Source: Atribacterota bacterium (lineage in GTDB: Bacteria; Atribacterota; Phoenicimicrobiia; Phoenicimicrobiales; Stramentimicrobiaceae). From it: a stretch of DNA of 64,000 bases. Under the pieces are notes generated by a model. That model did not search any database. It had not been told where the DNA came from and was given only the letters and a program-made list of their open reading frames with translations. Positions 1-10,441 of the stretch are shown in pieces. Position numbers and translations under genes: made by a program. Where the stretch lies: positions 608,001 through 672,000 of the forward strand of contig JAXGNR010000004.1 in NCBI GenBank assembly GCA_040767965.1, written 5' to 3'. Numbering within the stretch: position 1 is the first letter of the stretch; each line of letters opens with the position of its first letter.

Positions 1-2
1 CA

Positions 3-95
3 ATATTTTTTAATAATACAAAAGCGAAAGATATACATTATCAGCAAGAATCATTAGAAATAATAAAAGAAAAGATAAAATATTTATCCGCATAA
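3..95 (+). CDS. Probable 3' end of an upstream gene (partial, unknown product)
   Basis: Frame open from the window edge (IFFNNTKAKDIHYQQESLEIIKEKIKYLSA) to TAA at 93-95, 25 nt before the next co-directional gene. Confidence 0.35.
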   Translation: MFFNNTKAKDIHYQQESLEIIKEKIKYLSA

Positions 96-120
96 TTTAA
101 AATAAGGTTTAGAGGTTTAT

Positions 121-1590
121 ATGAATATTATAAGCATATGTAAGAGTAATTCTTTAAAGTTAAAAATGATATTTATTTTATTTTTTTTAACTTTTCCCCT
201 ATGCAATAACAGCTTTATTGTATTTGCTGACATAGATAAAAATGAATACTTAATAGAAAATAATTTTGGAAATTTTGGAAATAAAGAAGGTGAATTTAAT
301 TACCCGGTAGGAATAACACTTGATAGAGATAACAATATATATGTAACTGATTGGGAAAACAACAGGATACAAATATTTAATAATAATGGTGAATTTATTA
401 AAACAATACCAGGTGAAAATTCTAATTTTAGCGTGAATGGTCCAGTAGGTATAGTACTGGATAGTGATAATAATATAATAATTACCGAGCAACATAATCA
501 TTCGGTGCACAAAATATCAAGAGAAGGTAAATCTATTTCGATTTTTGGAAAAAACGGAACAGGGTTAGGCGAGTTTGACAATCCAAGAGGAATTGCTATT
601 GATGAGAATGACAATATTTATGTAGTTGATACTGGCAATAATCGAGTTCAAGTTTTTTCTAAAGATTTTAATTTCCTGTATTCATTTGGCAGAGAAGGAA
701 TGGGGGATGGTGAATTCTATTACCCAAGAGGAATAGTTCTTGATAAATCGAACAATATCTTTGTAGCAGATACATTTCATCATCAGGTACAAATATTTGA
801 TAATAAAGGTAACTTCATCAATAGAATTGGCAATCCGGGAGATGGTTATGGTGAATTTGATGGAACAAGATATCTTGCAATAGACAAGAATGATAATTTA
901 TTTGTGACAGACTATAGAAATGGAAAAGTAGTTCAATTTGATAAAAATTATAATATTATTTCCGAATTCGGCAATGACGAAAACAACAATCTGGATTACC
1001 CAGAAGGAATTGCTGTTGACCAGAGGGGATATGTTTATATTGCTGATGCCGGTAATAATCGCATAGTTAAATATTCTACTTCTCAAATTATAATTAATAT
1101 GAAAACAGGGTTGCAATTTATCGAAGAAAAGGAATGGCAAAAAGCATTGGATCCATTAAAAAAAGTATTGGCTGAAGATCCGGACAATTACGATGCAAGA
1201 AAAGCACTTGCTTATGCCTATTTTCAGAATAGACAATTTGAAAATTCTATAGATGAATATACTGTTATATTGAAAGAGTATCCTGAAGACCAAAATTCTA
1301 AAATAAAAATTATTGATTCTCATTTCATATTAGCTGAAAATTTATCCAGAGAGAACAAATACAAAGAATCCTTGCAGCATTATAAAAGCGTAATGAATGA
1401 ACAGAATGATTATCCTGGAATAAAAAGACTTTATTATGTAACTTATATGAAATACCTGGCAAGTTCTTTAATTATAAGGATTGTCTTATTAATTATCATT
1501 GTAGCTGTTTTGTTTTATATTTTAACAAAAAAAATATTTAACAAAAATATCAGAGGAAAACATACAAAAAGGAAAAACAGTCCCTTTTAA
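121..1590 (+). CDS. Exported NHL-repeat beta-propeller protein with TPR repeats and C-terminal membrane anchor
   Basis: About six NHL repeats (FxxPxGIxxDxxxNIYVxDxxNNRIQ), N-terminal hydrophobic segment, TPR-like helices (DPDNYDARKALAYAY), C-terminal TM helix and basic tail; start may be Met at 166. Confidence 0.85.
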   Translation: MNIISICKSNSLKLKMIFILFFLTFPLCNNSFIVFADIDKNEYLIENNFGNFGNKEGEFNYPVGITLDRDNNIYVTDWENNRIQIFNNNGEFIKTIPGENSNFSVNGPVGIVLDSDNNIIITEQHNHSVHKISREGKSISIFGKNGTGLGEFDNPRGIAIDENDNIYVVDTGNNRVQVFSKDFNFLYSFGREGMGDGEFYYPRGIVLDKSNNIFVADTFHHQVQIFDNKGNFINRIGNPGDGYGEFDGTRYLAIDKNDNLFVTDYRNGKVVQFDKNYNIISEFGNDENNNLDYPEGIAVDQRGYVYIADAGNNRIVKYSTSQIIINMKTGLQFIEEKEWQKALDPLKKVLAEDPDNYDARKALAYAYFQNRQFENSIDEYTVILKEYPEDQNSKIKIIDSHFILAENLSRENKYKESLQHYKSVMNEQNDYPGIKRLYYVTYMKYLASSLIIRIVLLIIIVAVLFYILTKKIFNKNIRGKHTKRKNSPF

Positions 1591-1903
1591 TTCACTTATT
1601 TTTTTATTTTTAAATTTAAAAATATAATAATATTATATTAAAGGATTAAAGATTAAAGGATTAAAGGTAAAGATGGATAGTAGGTTTAAATAATATTATT
1701 TTTAGATTACATTATTACATCTTAGATTATATTTTTAATATTTTTAAAAGGAAATATTGAATTAAATAGATTAATAAACAATTAACAAAAATAAATAAAT
1801 TAATAAATATTAGTTTATTAGTTAATTATTCACTATCATTATTATATAGTGATTCTAAATCTAAAGAAGTTATTTATTATTTATTTGAAGGGGGGATGTT
1901 TTA

Positions 1904-2809
1904 ATGATGTATAAAAGAAAGGCAATTGTTGCAGGGTCTTTTTACGATATGGACAAAGAATCCTTATTAAAACAATTAAAGAATTGTTTCTTACATGAAA
2001 TAGGTCCACAAAAAATCCCAAAATTTAATAAAATATCCTTAAAAAGAGAAAGAAATATAATGAGTGTTATTTCTCCGCATGCTGGTTATGTATTTTCAGG
2101 TCCTGTTGCTGCCCATCATTTTCTTGAATTATCAAAAGAGGAAACGCCTGAAACAATAATTATAATTGGTCCTAATCACCGAGGATTTGGGGCTGATATA
2201 GCTATTATGGATAAAGGCTATTGGGAAACACCTCTTGGGATCATTGAAATAGATGAAAAAATAGCTGCTGATATTATAAAAAATGATAATAAGCATATTA
2301 TCCAGGTTAATACAAAAGCTCATCAATATGAGCATTCCATTGAAGTACAATTACCTTTTTTGCAATATATTTATTTCAGTGACAGCTTTAAAATATTACC
2401 AATATGTATAGCCAATCAGGATTATGAAACAATAAAGGAATTTTCAAATATAATATATAAGTCAACATTGAATAATTCAATTTTACTTATTGCCAGCACT
2501 GACTTTACCCATTATGAAAACCAGGAAGCTGTTAGTCGTAAAGACTCTGAATATATTAATGATATTTTAAACATGGATACTGATATGTTTTATAAAACAA
2601 TAATGCAGAATAATGCTTCTGTTTGTGGTTACGGGGCAATTGGTATTGTAATGGAATATTCTAAAAAAATAAATACCTGCAAAGGCAAACTATTAAAATA
2701 TGCTACCTCTGGTGATGTTTCAGGAATAACCGATCAAGTTGTGGGATATGCTTCCATTGTTTTTGAAAAAGAATTTAGCGGAGAAAAGATCCAGAAATCA
2801 GAAATCTAA
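1904..2809 (+). CDS. amrB: MEMO1-family protein (AmmeMemoRadiSam system protein B)
   Basis: RKAIVAGSFY, SPHAGYVFSG, GPNH, EHSIEVQLPFLQ, STDFTHY, CGYGAI and VVGYASI motifs; SD GGGGG upstream. Confidence 0.9.
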   Translation: MMYKRKAIVAGSFYDMDKESLLKQLKNCFLHEIGPQKIPKFNKISLKRERNIMSVISPHAGYVFSGPVAAHHFLELSKEETPETIIIIGPNHRGFGADIAIMDKGYWETPLGIIEIDEKIAADIIKNDNKHIIQVNTKAHQYEHSIEVQLPFLQYIYFSDSFKILPICIANQDYETIKEFSNIIYKSTLNNSILLIASTDFTHYENQEAVSRKDSEYINDILNMDTDMFYKTIMQNNASVCGYGAIGIVMEYSKKINTCKGKLLKYATSGDVSGITDQVVGYASIVFEKEFSGEKIQKSEI

Positions 2810-3057
2810 TAAAATATCTAAAGTGAGAACTTATATATTCAAATATAAAGATATAAAGACAAAGAATGTTTAGACACTTGCTTTTGAATTTTTTAAAATA
2901 ATATTAATTTAAATTAATTAATGAAATAATAATATAAAAACACCTGACTTTAAGAAATATGTGAAGGTATTGCAAGAAATTGGTCAGGTTTTTCAAAATA
3001 TTCTTAACTTAACATAAGATATATTATCGGACATAATGTAAATTTTACAAATATTTT

Positions 3058-4011
3058 TTAGCAATTATTGCACCCCCTCTCCAGCATAATTTTTGCTATA
3101 TATTTGGCACACTGTGAATTATTTTCAAAATCATCAACATCAATGTAATGATCTACAGGTATCTGATTTTTAAACCAGCTGATTTGTCTTTTTGCAAAAT
3201 TTCTAGTTTCTTTCTTTATTTTTTCTACAGCCTCTTCTTTTTTTATTTTTCCTTTTAAAAATAGTGATATTTGCTTATAACCGAGACCTTGCATAGAATT
3301 AGAATGTTCACAATTATATTTTTTTAAAATATAATTAGTTTCCTCAATTAATCCATCTCTAATCATTAAATCCACTCTTTGATTTATTCTTTCATATAGC
3401 TTGTTTCTATCCATAGAAAGACAAATTATTGAATATTTATATTTTGTGTAAATTTCTTCCTTATTATGAAAAGATGAAAAAGGTTTTCCTGTTAAATGAA
3501 ATACTTCTAAAGCGCGAATAATCCTTTTTAGATCATTTGGATTTATTTTTAATGAGTATTTGTAATCAAATTTTTTTAACTGTTCAAATAAAAAATCATT
3601 TCCTTTATCCTGCAGTATTTTTTCTAGTTGCTGGCGTATATTGTAATCCCGTCCTGGGCCTAAAAACAATGGTTTTATGAAAGATTTTATATACAGCCCT
3701 GTTCCACCTACAATAAATGGTTTTTTGTTGGAGATGAGGATATTTTCTATTTCTTTCAATGCTGTTTGTGCGTATTGAGCAACATTAAAATCAACATCTG
3801 GTTCAACAATATCAATACAATGATGGGGAACTTTGGTTAATATATCCAAAGAAGGCTTGTCAGTACCAATATTCATCTCCTTATATATTTGCATTGAATC
3901 AGCTGAAACTATTTCAATCTCGGGGATATATTGAAAAATATCAATGGATATATTTGTTTTTCCAGAGCCAGTGGGTCCGGTAAGGATAAATAAATTATTG
4001 TTTAACATCAA
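3058..4011 (-). CDS. miaA: tRNA dimethylallyltransferase
   Basis: GPTGSGKT, SADSMQIY, GGTGLY, RIIRALEV and FAKRQISW motifs. Confidence 0.97.
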   Translation of the reverse strand: MMLNNNLFILTGPTGSGKTNISIDIFQYIPEIEIVSADSMQIYKEMNIGTDKPSLDILTKVPHHCIDIVEPDVDFNVAQYAQTALKEIENILISNKKPFIVGGTGLYIKSFIKPLFLGPGRDYNIRQQLEKILQDKGNDFLFEQLKKFDYKYSLKINPNDLKRIIRALEVFHLTGKPFSSFHNKEEIYTKYKYSIICLSMDRNKLYERINQRVDLMIRDGLIEETNYILKKYNCEHSNSMQGLGYKQISLFLKGKIKKEEAVEKIKKETRNFAKRQISWFKNQIPVDHYIDVDDFENNSQCAKYIAKIMLERGCNNC

Positions 4012-5338
4012 TCAATTCTCCATAAAGAGTATAAGAATCGGTGTTTATTATTTTAATGATGACAAATTTACCAATTAAGTTGTTATTTTTTTCATCTCTA
4101 TGATAAAAAACTGCTGTTTTATTAGTTCTAGTTCTTCCCCAATACTGATTTTTTAATCCCTTTTTAGATTTATTTTCAACTAATATTTCATAGTTATTAT
4201 TAATCATTTCCTGATTTTTTTGTAAAGAAATGGCCTTTTGAATTTCCATTAATTTCCAAAGCCTTTCTTTCTTAATATTTAAAGGAATTTGATTTTCAAA
4301 AAGAGATGATAAAGTATAGTCTCTATTGGAGTAAATAAAGGTATATGCTGAATCAAACCTTATCTTTTTGAAAGCTTCAATGGTATTGGTAAAATCTTCT
4401 TCTGTTTCCCCAGGGAAACCTACCATAGCATCAGTGGTTATACTTGCTTCTGGTATGTTCGATTTGATATGGTTAATAATTTGATAATATTGAGACATGG
4501 TATATTTTCTATTCATGCGATAGAGCATCCTATCAGATCCGGATTGCAAAGGTAAGTGTATATGTTCACAAATATTTTCCCCATTTTTGATTACTTTTAT
4601 CAAGTCTAAATTGAAATCTTTAGGATGTGATGTTGTAAACCGAATTCTTTTAATAAGACCAGTATTGTTTATTTTTGTTAACAGGGATAAAAAATTATTA
4701 TCGCTATTGCCATCATTGCCGTATGAATTGACATTTTGCCCTAACAATAATATTTCTTTGTAGTTTTCTTGTGAGAGGTTTTTAATTTCTGCTAATATTT
4801 CTTCAACAGGTCTGCTCTCTTCAGCACCTCGGGTATACGGGACTATACAATATGAACAAAAATTATTGCATCCTTTCATTATTTGAATATAAGCTACAAG
4901 GTCGCTTTTGTGTTTTATTGGGGTATTATTAATTTTAAAGATTTTCTTATTATTACAGTGGATTATTGTTTTTTTACTATCTAAATATTTTTTTAATAAT
5001 ACATCAATACTAGCTACCTGGGATGGACCAAAAATTAAATCAATAGCCGGGATTTTCTCTTTAATAAAAGATTTTTCTTTTTGTGCTAAACAACCGCAAA
5101 TACCAAAAATAATCTCAGGATTTTCTTTTTTAAGAAGGCTTATTTTCCCAGCCATACTATATATTTTGTGCTCAACTTTTCTTCTTACACAACAAGTATT
5201 CAATATTATTATATTAGCCTCATCAATATTTAAGGCAGCAGTGCAACCAATATTTTCCAATTGTCCTGCAATGAATTCAGAATCATTTACATTCATTTGG
5301 CAGCCAAATGTTTTAATATAATACTTTAATTTAAACAT
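3995..5338 (-). CDS. miaB: tRNA-2-methylthio-N6-dimethylallyladenosine synthase
   Basis: TFGCQMNVNDSE, CNNFCSYC radical-SAM motif, RFTTSHP, C-terminal TRAM domain; adjacent to miaA. Confidence 0.96.
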   Translation of the reverse strand: MFKLKYYIKTFGCQMNVNDSEFIAGQLENIGCTAALNIDEANIIILNTCCVRRKVEHKIYSMAGKISLLKKENPEIIFGICGCLAQKEKSFIKEKIPAIDLIFGPSQVASIDVLLKKYLDSKKTIIHCNNKKIFKINNTPIKHKSDLVAYIQIMKGCNNFCSYCIVPYTRGAEESRPVEEILAEIKNLSQENYKEILLLGQNVNSYGNDGNSDNNFLSLLTKINNTGLIKRIRFTTSHPKDFNLDLIKVIKNGENICEHIHLPLQSGSDRMLYRMNRKYTMSQYYQIINHIKSNIPEASITTDAMVGFPGETEEDFTNTIEAFKKIRFDSAYTFIYSNRDYTLSSLFENQIPLNIKKERLWKLMEIQKAISLQKNQEMINNNYEILVENKSKKGLKNQYWGRTRTNKTAVFYHRDEKNNNLIGKFVIIKIINTDSYTLYGELIDVKQ

Positions 5339-5428
5339 ATTAAATTACTTTCCTTATTGTATATTTCTTCAAATCTTTTAACTTCTAATTAAGACTAATT
5401 TAAAAATATAATAAAAACAGTATAATAT

Positions 5429-5490
5429 AATACAAAAAGAAAGAAGATAGCATTATTTTACTTTCTTCTTTCTTTTTTCTTTTTGTATTT
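5429..5490 (-). terminator. Long AT-rich hairpin 3' of rny (terminator or processing stem)
   Basis: AATACAAAAAGA...TCTTTTTGTATT outer inverted repeat with inner AAGAAAG/CTTTCTT pairing. Confidence 0.45.
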
Positions 5491-5549
5491 AACAATTCAA
5501 AATAATTTAAATTCCAGATTAATGTGATTGTATTATTTATTAGTATTTT

Positions 5550-7082
5550 CTATTTTGCATACTCTACTGATCTAGTTTCTCTTATCACGTTCACTTTTAC
5601 CTGTCCAGGGTAATCAATGTTTTTTTCAACTTTTTTGGAAATATCTCTGGATAATTTTGCTGAAAGATAGTCATCAATCTCTTCAGGATTTACAATTATC
5701 CTTATTTCTCTTCCTGCCTGGATAGCATAACTTTTTTCAACACCTTCAAAGGAGTTGGCAATTTCTTCGAGTTGTTTTAATCTCTTTATGTATGTTTCCA
5801 GCATTTCTCTTCTGGCACCTGGCCTGGAGGCTGATATCGCATCAGCTGCTTGAATTAATATTGCTTCAATCGTTTCAGGCTTTTCGTCTTCATGGTGAGA
5901 TGCGATTGCATTTACTATTTTTGGAGATTCGCCATTTTTACGAGCGATATCTGCACCAATTAAAGCATGCGGACCTTCTATTTCTACGTCAGCTGCTTTT
6001 CCAATATCGTGAAGCAATCCAGCCCTTTTGCAAAAAATACCATTAAGGCCAAGCTCATCTGCCATTATGCCTGCGAAATATGCGACTTCCTTAGAATGCT
6101 GTAATACATTTTGTCCATAACTTGTTCTATATTTTAATTTTCCTAAAATATTTATAAGTTTAGGATTTAAATTTCTTACATTCGTATCAAAAACTGCCTT
6201 TTCCCCTTCTTCTCTGATATTATTTTCGACAATTTTTTTAGAATTTTCAATTACTTCTTCAACTCGAGCAGGTTGAATTCTGCCATCAGTTATTAGTTTT
6301 TCTAAAGCAATTCTTGCAATTTCACGTCTTACAGGATCAAAACCGGAGATTATCACTGCTTCCGGTGTATCATCGACTATCAGATCGACACCGGCTATCC
6401 TTTCAAAAGTTCTGATATTTCTTCCTTCTCTACCAATTATTCTTCCTTTCATATCCTCATTTGGCAAAGAAACAACTGATATAGTGGATTCTACTGTATA
6501 TTCAGATGAATACCTTTGAATGGCTAAAGATATTATGTTCCTGGCTTTTTTTTCTCCCTCTTCTTTAGCTTTTTCTTCAATATTTTTGATAATTTTACCA
6601 GATTCATGTTCTAGCTCTTTTTCTAGTATTCCTAGCAATTCATTTTTTGCTTCATCAATATCTAATTGTGATATTCTAACCAATTCATCTTTCTGTTTTT
6701 GATTTAACTGATTAATTTCTTGTGATTTTGTATTTATTTCCTGCTCTTTAAGCACTAAGTCTTTTTGTTTTTTTTCAATTAATTCCAACTTTTGAACCAG
6801 GTTGTTACTCTTTTTTATAAGTTGTTCGTTTATATTTTCAAGTTTATTTCTTTTTTGTTGACATTCAATTTCACTTTTTCTAATAATCTGGTATGCTTCT
6901 TCTTTGGCATGTAAATGAGTTTCTTTTTTTATAGATTCAGCTTCTTTCTTAGCATTTTCAATAATTTGTTTGCCTGCTTTTTCCGATGATGCTAATTTTG
7001 TTTTAGCAAAGAAATTAGTCAGAAAAAAGCCGATCATTATTCCTATTAATATTACTATAATAGAAAAAATGGATGTATTAAT
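5550..7082 (-). CDS. rny: Ribonuclease Y
   Basis: N-terminal TM helix, coiled coil, KH domain ([14 protein letters not shown]), HD domain (LLHDIGKA); start proposed at ATT 7082 behind SD GGGGGTGA (ORF track gives TTG 7103). Confidence 0.97.
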   Translation of the reverse strand: MNTSIFSIIVILIGIMIGFFLTNFFAKTKLASSEKAGKQIIENAKKEAESIKKETHLHAKEEAYQIIRKSEIECQQKRNKLENINEQLIKKSNNLVQKLELIEKKQKDLVLKEQEINTKSQEINQLNQKQKDELVRISQLDIDEAKNELLGILEKELEHESGKIIKNIEEKAKEEGEKKARNIISLAIQRYSSEYTVESTISVVSLPNEDMKGRIIGREGRNIRTFERIAGVDLIVDDTPEAVIISGFDPVRREIARIALEKLITDGRIQPARVEEVIENSKKIVENNIREEGEKAVFDTNVRNLNPKLINILGKLKYRTSYGQNVLQHSKEVAYFAGIMADELGLNGIFCKRAGLLHDIGKAADVEIEGPHALIGADIARKNGESPKIVNAIASHHEDEKPETIEAILIQAADAISASRPGARREMLETYIKRLKQLEEIANSFEGVEKSYAIQAGREIRIIVNPEEIDDYLSAKLSRDISKKVEKNIDYPGQVKVNVIRETRSVEYAK

Positions 7083-7259
7083 GGCTTTCACCCCCCTATT
7101 CAATTTAAAAGGTTCATATTTATTTATTAAATAAAGAAAAATTTATAATATTTTTTCTTTTCTACATTCAAAAGAGCATAATATAATTTAGACAACATGG
7201 TTAAAAAAAAACAAAAAAACAATAGAAATAATTATATTTTGAATATAAATAACTGTAAT

Positions 7260-7288
7260 ATTTTATAACTATCAAAAATAAAAGTCAA
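7260..7288 (-). promoter_or_regulatory. Sigma70-type promoter for rny
   Basis: TTGACT (7288-7283), 17-nt spacer, TAAAAT (7265-7260). Confidence 0.6.
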
Positions 7289-7349
7289 ATATATTCAACC
7301 ATTTACCTTTGATAACAAGCATGCTACAGAAAATAAAAAAATAATTATT

Positions 7350-7997
7350 TCACCCTTGCCATTTTTCTATGAAATATCTTATTACATTGCTGGAAAACCC
7401 TCTGCTTTTAAGTAGATTTACCATTTTATTCTGATCAAATTCAACATTTTTTAATAAAAAAGAGTCTTCTTTATTTTTAAGCATTTTATTAGCCAATTCA
7501 ATTTCATCATCAACGTTTTCAAAAAAATAACATATGGTATCTGTAATAATATCATATGTTATACCCTTTTTTAGCAGCTCACTTCTAATCTTTAATATCC
7601 CCATAGGTTTATTTAATAAACGATCTTTGATCCATGATATTGCAAATTCTTTGTCATTTATATAATTTAAATCTTTAAGCCACTGGATAATATCTGTTAT
7701 AACCTCATCAGAATATTTCTTGTTTTTAAGCTTATTTATCATTTCCTGTTCTGATCTTTGGCGATAAGAAAGATATCTTATAGCATCTTTCTTTGCATTA
7801 GATATACCTTCTGATTTCCGCAAATAATTCAGAGTTGATTTGTCAATTAGTTTATCGATATAGAGATTTAAATCATTTACAACTGTATCATCTATCTCTA
7901 AAGTAGTATCATTATCAATGCTTATTATTCTTTTTGTTATATCACCTTTTTTTATTTTAATACTAGTTATTTTCTGATATTTCTGATTTTGTTTCAT
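7350..7997 (-). CDS. recX: Regulatory protein RecX
   Basis: [29 protein letters not shown] and SRGFS motifs; overlaps the 3' end of recA. Confidence 0.92.
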   Translation of the reverse strand: MKQNQKYQKITSIKIKKGDITKRIISIDNDTTLEIDDTVVNDLNLYIDKLIDKSTLNYLRKSEGISNAKKDAIRYLSYRQRSEQEMINKLKNKKYSDEVITDIIQWLKDLNYINDKEFAISWIKDRLLNKPMGILKIRSELLKKGITYDIITDTICYFFENVDDEIELANKMLKNKEDSFLLKNVEFDQNKMVNLLKSRGFSSNVIRYFIEKWQG

Positions 7998-9033
7998 TAT
8001 TAGAATCTTTTCCAAGAAGGTTTGGTAAATTTACAGCTAATAATATTTTTTCTTCAATTTCTTTTGCCATTTGTGGATTTTCCAACAGGTATGTTTTGGT
8101 GTTTTCTTTTCCCTGACCTAGTTGTAAATCATTATATGAAAACCAGGTACCTGATTTTTTTATAATTTCATGTTCAACACCCAGGTTAAAGATATCACCT
8201 TCTCTGGAAATACCTTTACCAAAAATAATATCAAATTCTGCTTCCTGGAATGGGGGGGCTAATTTATTTTTGACAATTTTAACTTTGACGTTGATACCAA
8301 TATTCAAATCATTCTTTTTGATTGATGCTTTTCTTCTGATATCCAGCCTTATTGTTGAATAGAACTTTAAGGCCCTTCCCCCAGGAGTTGTTTCCGGGTT
8401 TCCAAAAATAATTCCAATTTTTTCCCTGATTTGGTTAACAAAAATCATAGTGGTCCTGGATTTATTAATTATACCGGTAAGCTTTCTTAAAGCTTGCGAC
8501 ATTAAACGAGCCTGCAGACCCATTGAAGAATCTCCCATATCGCCTTCTATCTCAGCTTTAGGTACCAGGGCGGCAACGGAATCAATAACAATAATGTCAA
8601 CAGCATTGCTTCGAACTAATGATTCAGCAATTTCCAATGCCTGCTCACCTGTGTCAGGTTGGGATATTATTAATTCATCAATATTAATCCCGATATTTTT
8701 TGCATAAACAGGGTCCATTGCATGTTCTGCGTCTATAAAAGCAGCAATTCCATTATTTTTTTGAGCCTCGGCAATCATATGTAATGCAAGAGTAGTTTTG
8801 CCGGAAGATTCTGGACCAAAAATTTCAACTATTCTTCCCCTGGGAACTCCTCCTATCCCCAATGAAATATCCAAGGATAGAGAACCTGTTGATATTATAT
8901 TACTACCGGTCACTTTAGGCCTGTCGCTAAATTTCATGATTGAGCCTTTTCCAAAGCGATGTTCTATATTGTCCATCGCCATTTTTAGAGCTTTTTCTCT
9001 TTCAGAAATATTACTACCTTTATTTTCTTTCAT
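7963..9033 (-). CDS. recA: Recombinase RecA
   Basis: [36 protein letters not shown]. Confidence 0.99.
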   Translation of the reverse strand: MKENKGSNISEREKALKMAMDNIEHRFGKGSIMKFSDRPKVTGSNIISTGSLSLDISLGIGGVPRGRIVEIFGPESSGKTTLALHMIAEAQKNNGIAAFIDAEHAMDPVYAKNIGINIDELIISQPDTGEQALEIAESLVRSNAVDIIVIDSVAALVPKAEIEGDMGDSSMGLQARLMSQALRKLTGIINKSRTTMIFVNQIREKIGIIFGNPETTPGGRALKFYSTIRLDIRRKASIKKNDLNIGINVKVKIVKNKLAPPFQEAEFDIIFGKGISREGDIFNLGVEHEIIKKSGTWFSYNDLQLGQGKENTKTYLLENPQMAKEIEEKILLAVNLPNLLGKDSNNETKSEISENN

Positions 9034-9143
9034 ATAATGCTCCTTGTAATTATCTTTATCTTAAACAAACCATTTATTTTACAGCCAGTAATGGCTGGTG
9101 TTTAAAATTTGTATAGTATTTGTGCGATACTTTTGTAGCTAGT

Positions 9144-9746
9144 TTAAATATTCTTTAAAAAAGGAAAATTGCTTATGCAATTATAAATAGGTCCTTTCGG
9201 GGTTAATACACTCTCCATTAGATCAATAGAACTAACATTTTGTTTGTATACTTTAAAAGGTATATTTTCAAATAATATATTTGTATTTTTAATGTATGTT
9301 GCATTTTTGATTCTGCTTAAAGTAATGTGGGGAATGATGGATTTTTCAGATTTAAAGAAAGGTTCTAATTTTAGTTCACGATTAAAATCATCATATATTA
9401 TTTTTATTTCCTCGTAACCATCTTTTATTCCAATCCAGATAATTTTTGGGTATTTATTATTTGGGAAAAAGCCGATCTCTTTAGCTAATTCAATATTAAA
9501 AGAGTTCTTTTTTGATGAAATATTTTGCAATGCCCTAATAGTTTTTTCTATTTCCAGAGAATTTAAGTTCCCTAAAAATTTTATTGAAATATGTAAATTA
9601 TCTATATCTACATTTTTTATTTTTATACTATTCTTTACAGCATTAACCGAAATAGTATTACTTATTGAAAAAATATAGTCTTTTAATTCTTTATTTATGT
9701 TTATTGCAACAAACACTCTTTTAGAATCATTAATATAATCAGAAAT
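9144..9746 (-). CDS. thpR: RNA 2',3'-cyclic phosphodiesterase (2H family)
   Basis: RVFVAI N-terminal motif, HIS and HIT 2H motifs, ESVLTPKGPIY C-terminus; usual position upstream of recA; start proposed at ATT 9746 (ORF track GTG 9716). Confidence 0.9.
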   Translation of the reverse strand: MSDYINDSKRVFVAININKELKDYIFSISNTISVNAVKNSIKIKNVDIDNLHISIKFLGNLNSLEIEKTIRALQNISSKKNSFNIELAKEIGFFPNNKYPKIIWIGIKDGYEEIKIIYDDFNRELKLEPFFKSEKSIIPHITLSRIKNATYIKNTNILFENIPFKVYKQNVSSIDLMESVLTPKGPIYNCISNFPFLKNI

Positions 9747-9839
9747 AGATGGGTCACCACCTTTTATTTTTTTAATTAGTCCAATCGTATTTTAATTTTC
9801 CCGTAAAGTACCCAGAAAAGAATATATTGTGAAAATTGA

Positions 9840-10418
9840 TCAGTTAATTACACTAATTTCACGTTTGTAATTTTCTCTAATATTATTTAAAAAATATATA
9901 TATTCTGGTGTCTGGTAGTTTTTATAAGTCCATCCAACTGCACAAAAAGATTTTTTTATAAAGCTTAATGTGATTTCAGCATAAATTCCATTGTTTAGAT
10001 ATATCCTTGCAGGCCCATTTTTTGTACTAGCTAATATAAATTTACTTAGAGTCAAGTATCCTGGATCAAGATTTACTTTTCTTTTAATTTCATTATTTTT
10101 TATATTTTTTAGATTGTCATTATTATTTTTTATCTCATCGAAGCTCAAAATCATTTCCATTTTATTAGTTTTATGTTTAATTCTACTTAGCAATCCTGGA
10201 GAAATAAGTTTGTTAAAAGACACTAATTTCTGCAGGAGATTACTCCCCATTTCTTTTTCGTAATAACTAGTATAATCAAATGACTGATAATCACTTTCAT
10301 TATCTATATCTCCAAATTCATCAATCAGTAAGCTTTTTGCATTTTCAAACATTATTTCTTTATTAGCTATAATGCTTATTATCAATTTGGATTTTTTTGG
10401 TTTTTCTATTTTTCCCAT
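9840..10418 (-). CDS. DUF4416 family protein
   Basis: FDYTSYYEKEMG, RKVNLDPGYL, IYLNNGIYAEITL, WTYxxY motifs. Confidence 0.8.
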   Translation of the reverse strand: MGKIEKPKKSKLIISIIANKEIMFENAKSLLIDEFGDIDNESDYQSFDYTSYYEKEMGSNLLQKLVSFNKLISPGLLSRIKHKTNKMEMILSFDEIKNNNDNLKNIKNNEIKRKVNLDPGYLTLSKFILASTKNGPARIYLNNGIYAEITLSFIKKSFCAVGWTYKNYQTPEYIYFLNNIRENYKREISVIN

Positions 10419-10441
10419 TAATAAAAATTGTTCTTTCTTTT

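Noticed and set aside
2936-2993. ACCTGAC...GTCAGGT inverted repeat between amrB and miaA as an ncRNA
   Set aside because: Only 7 bp with a long unstructured loop; at most a weak terminator between convergent genes
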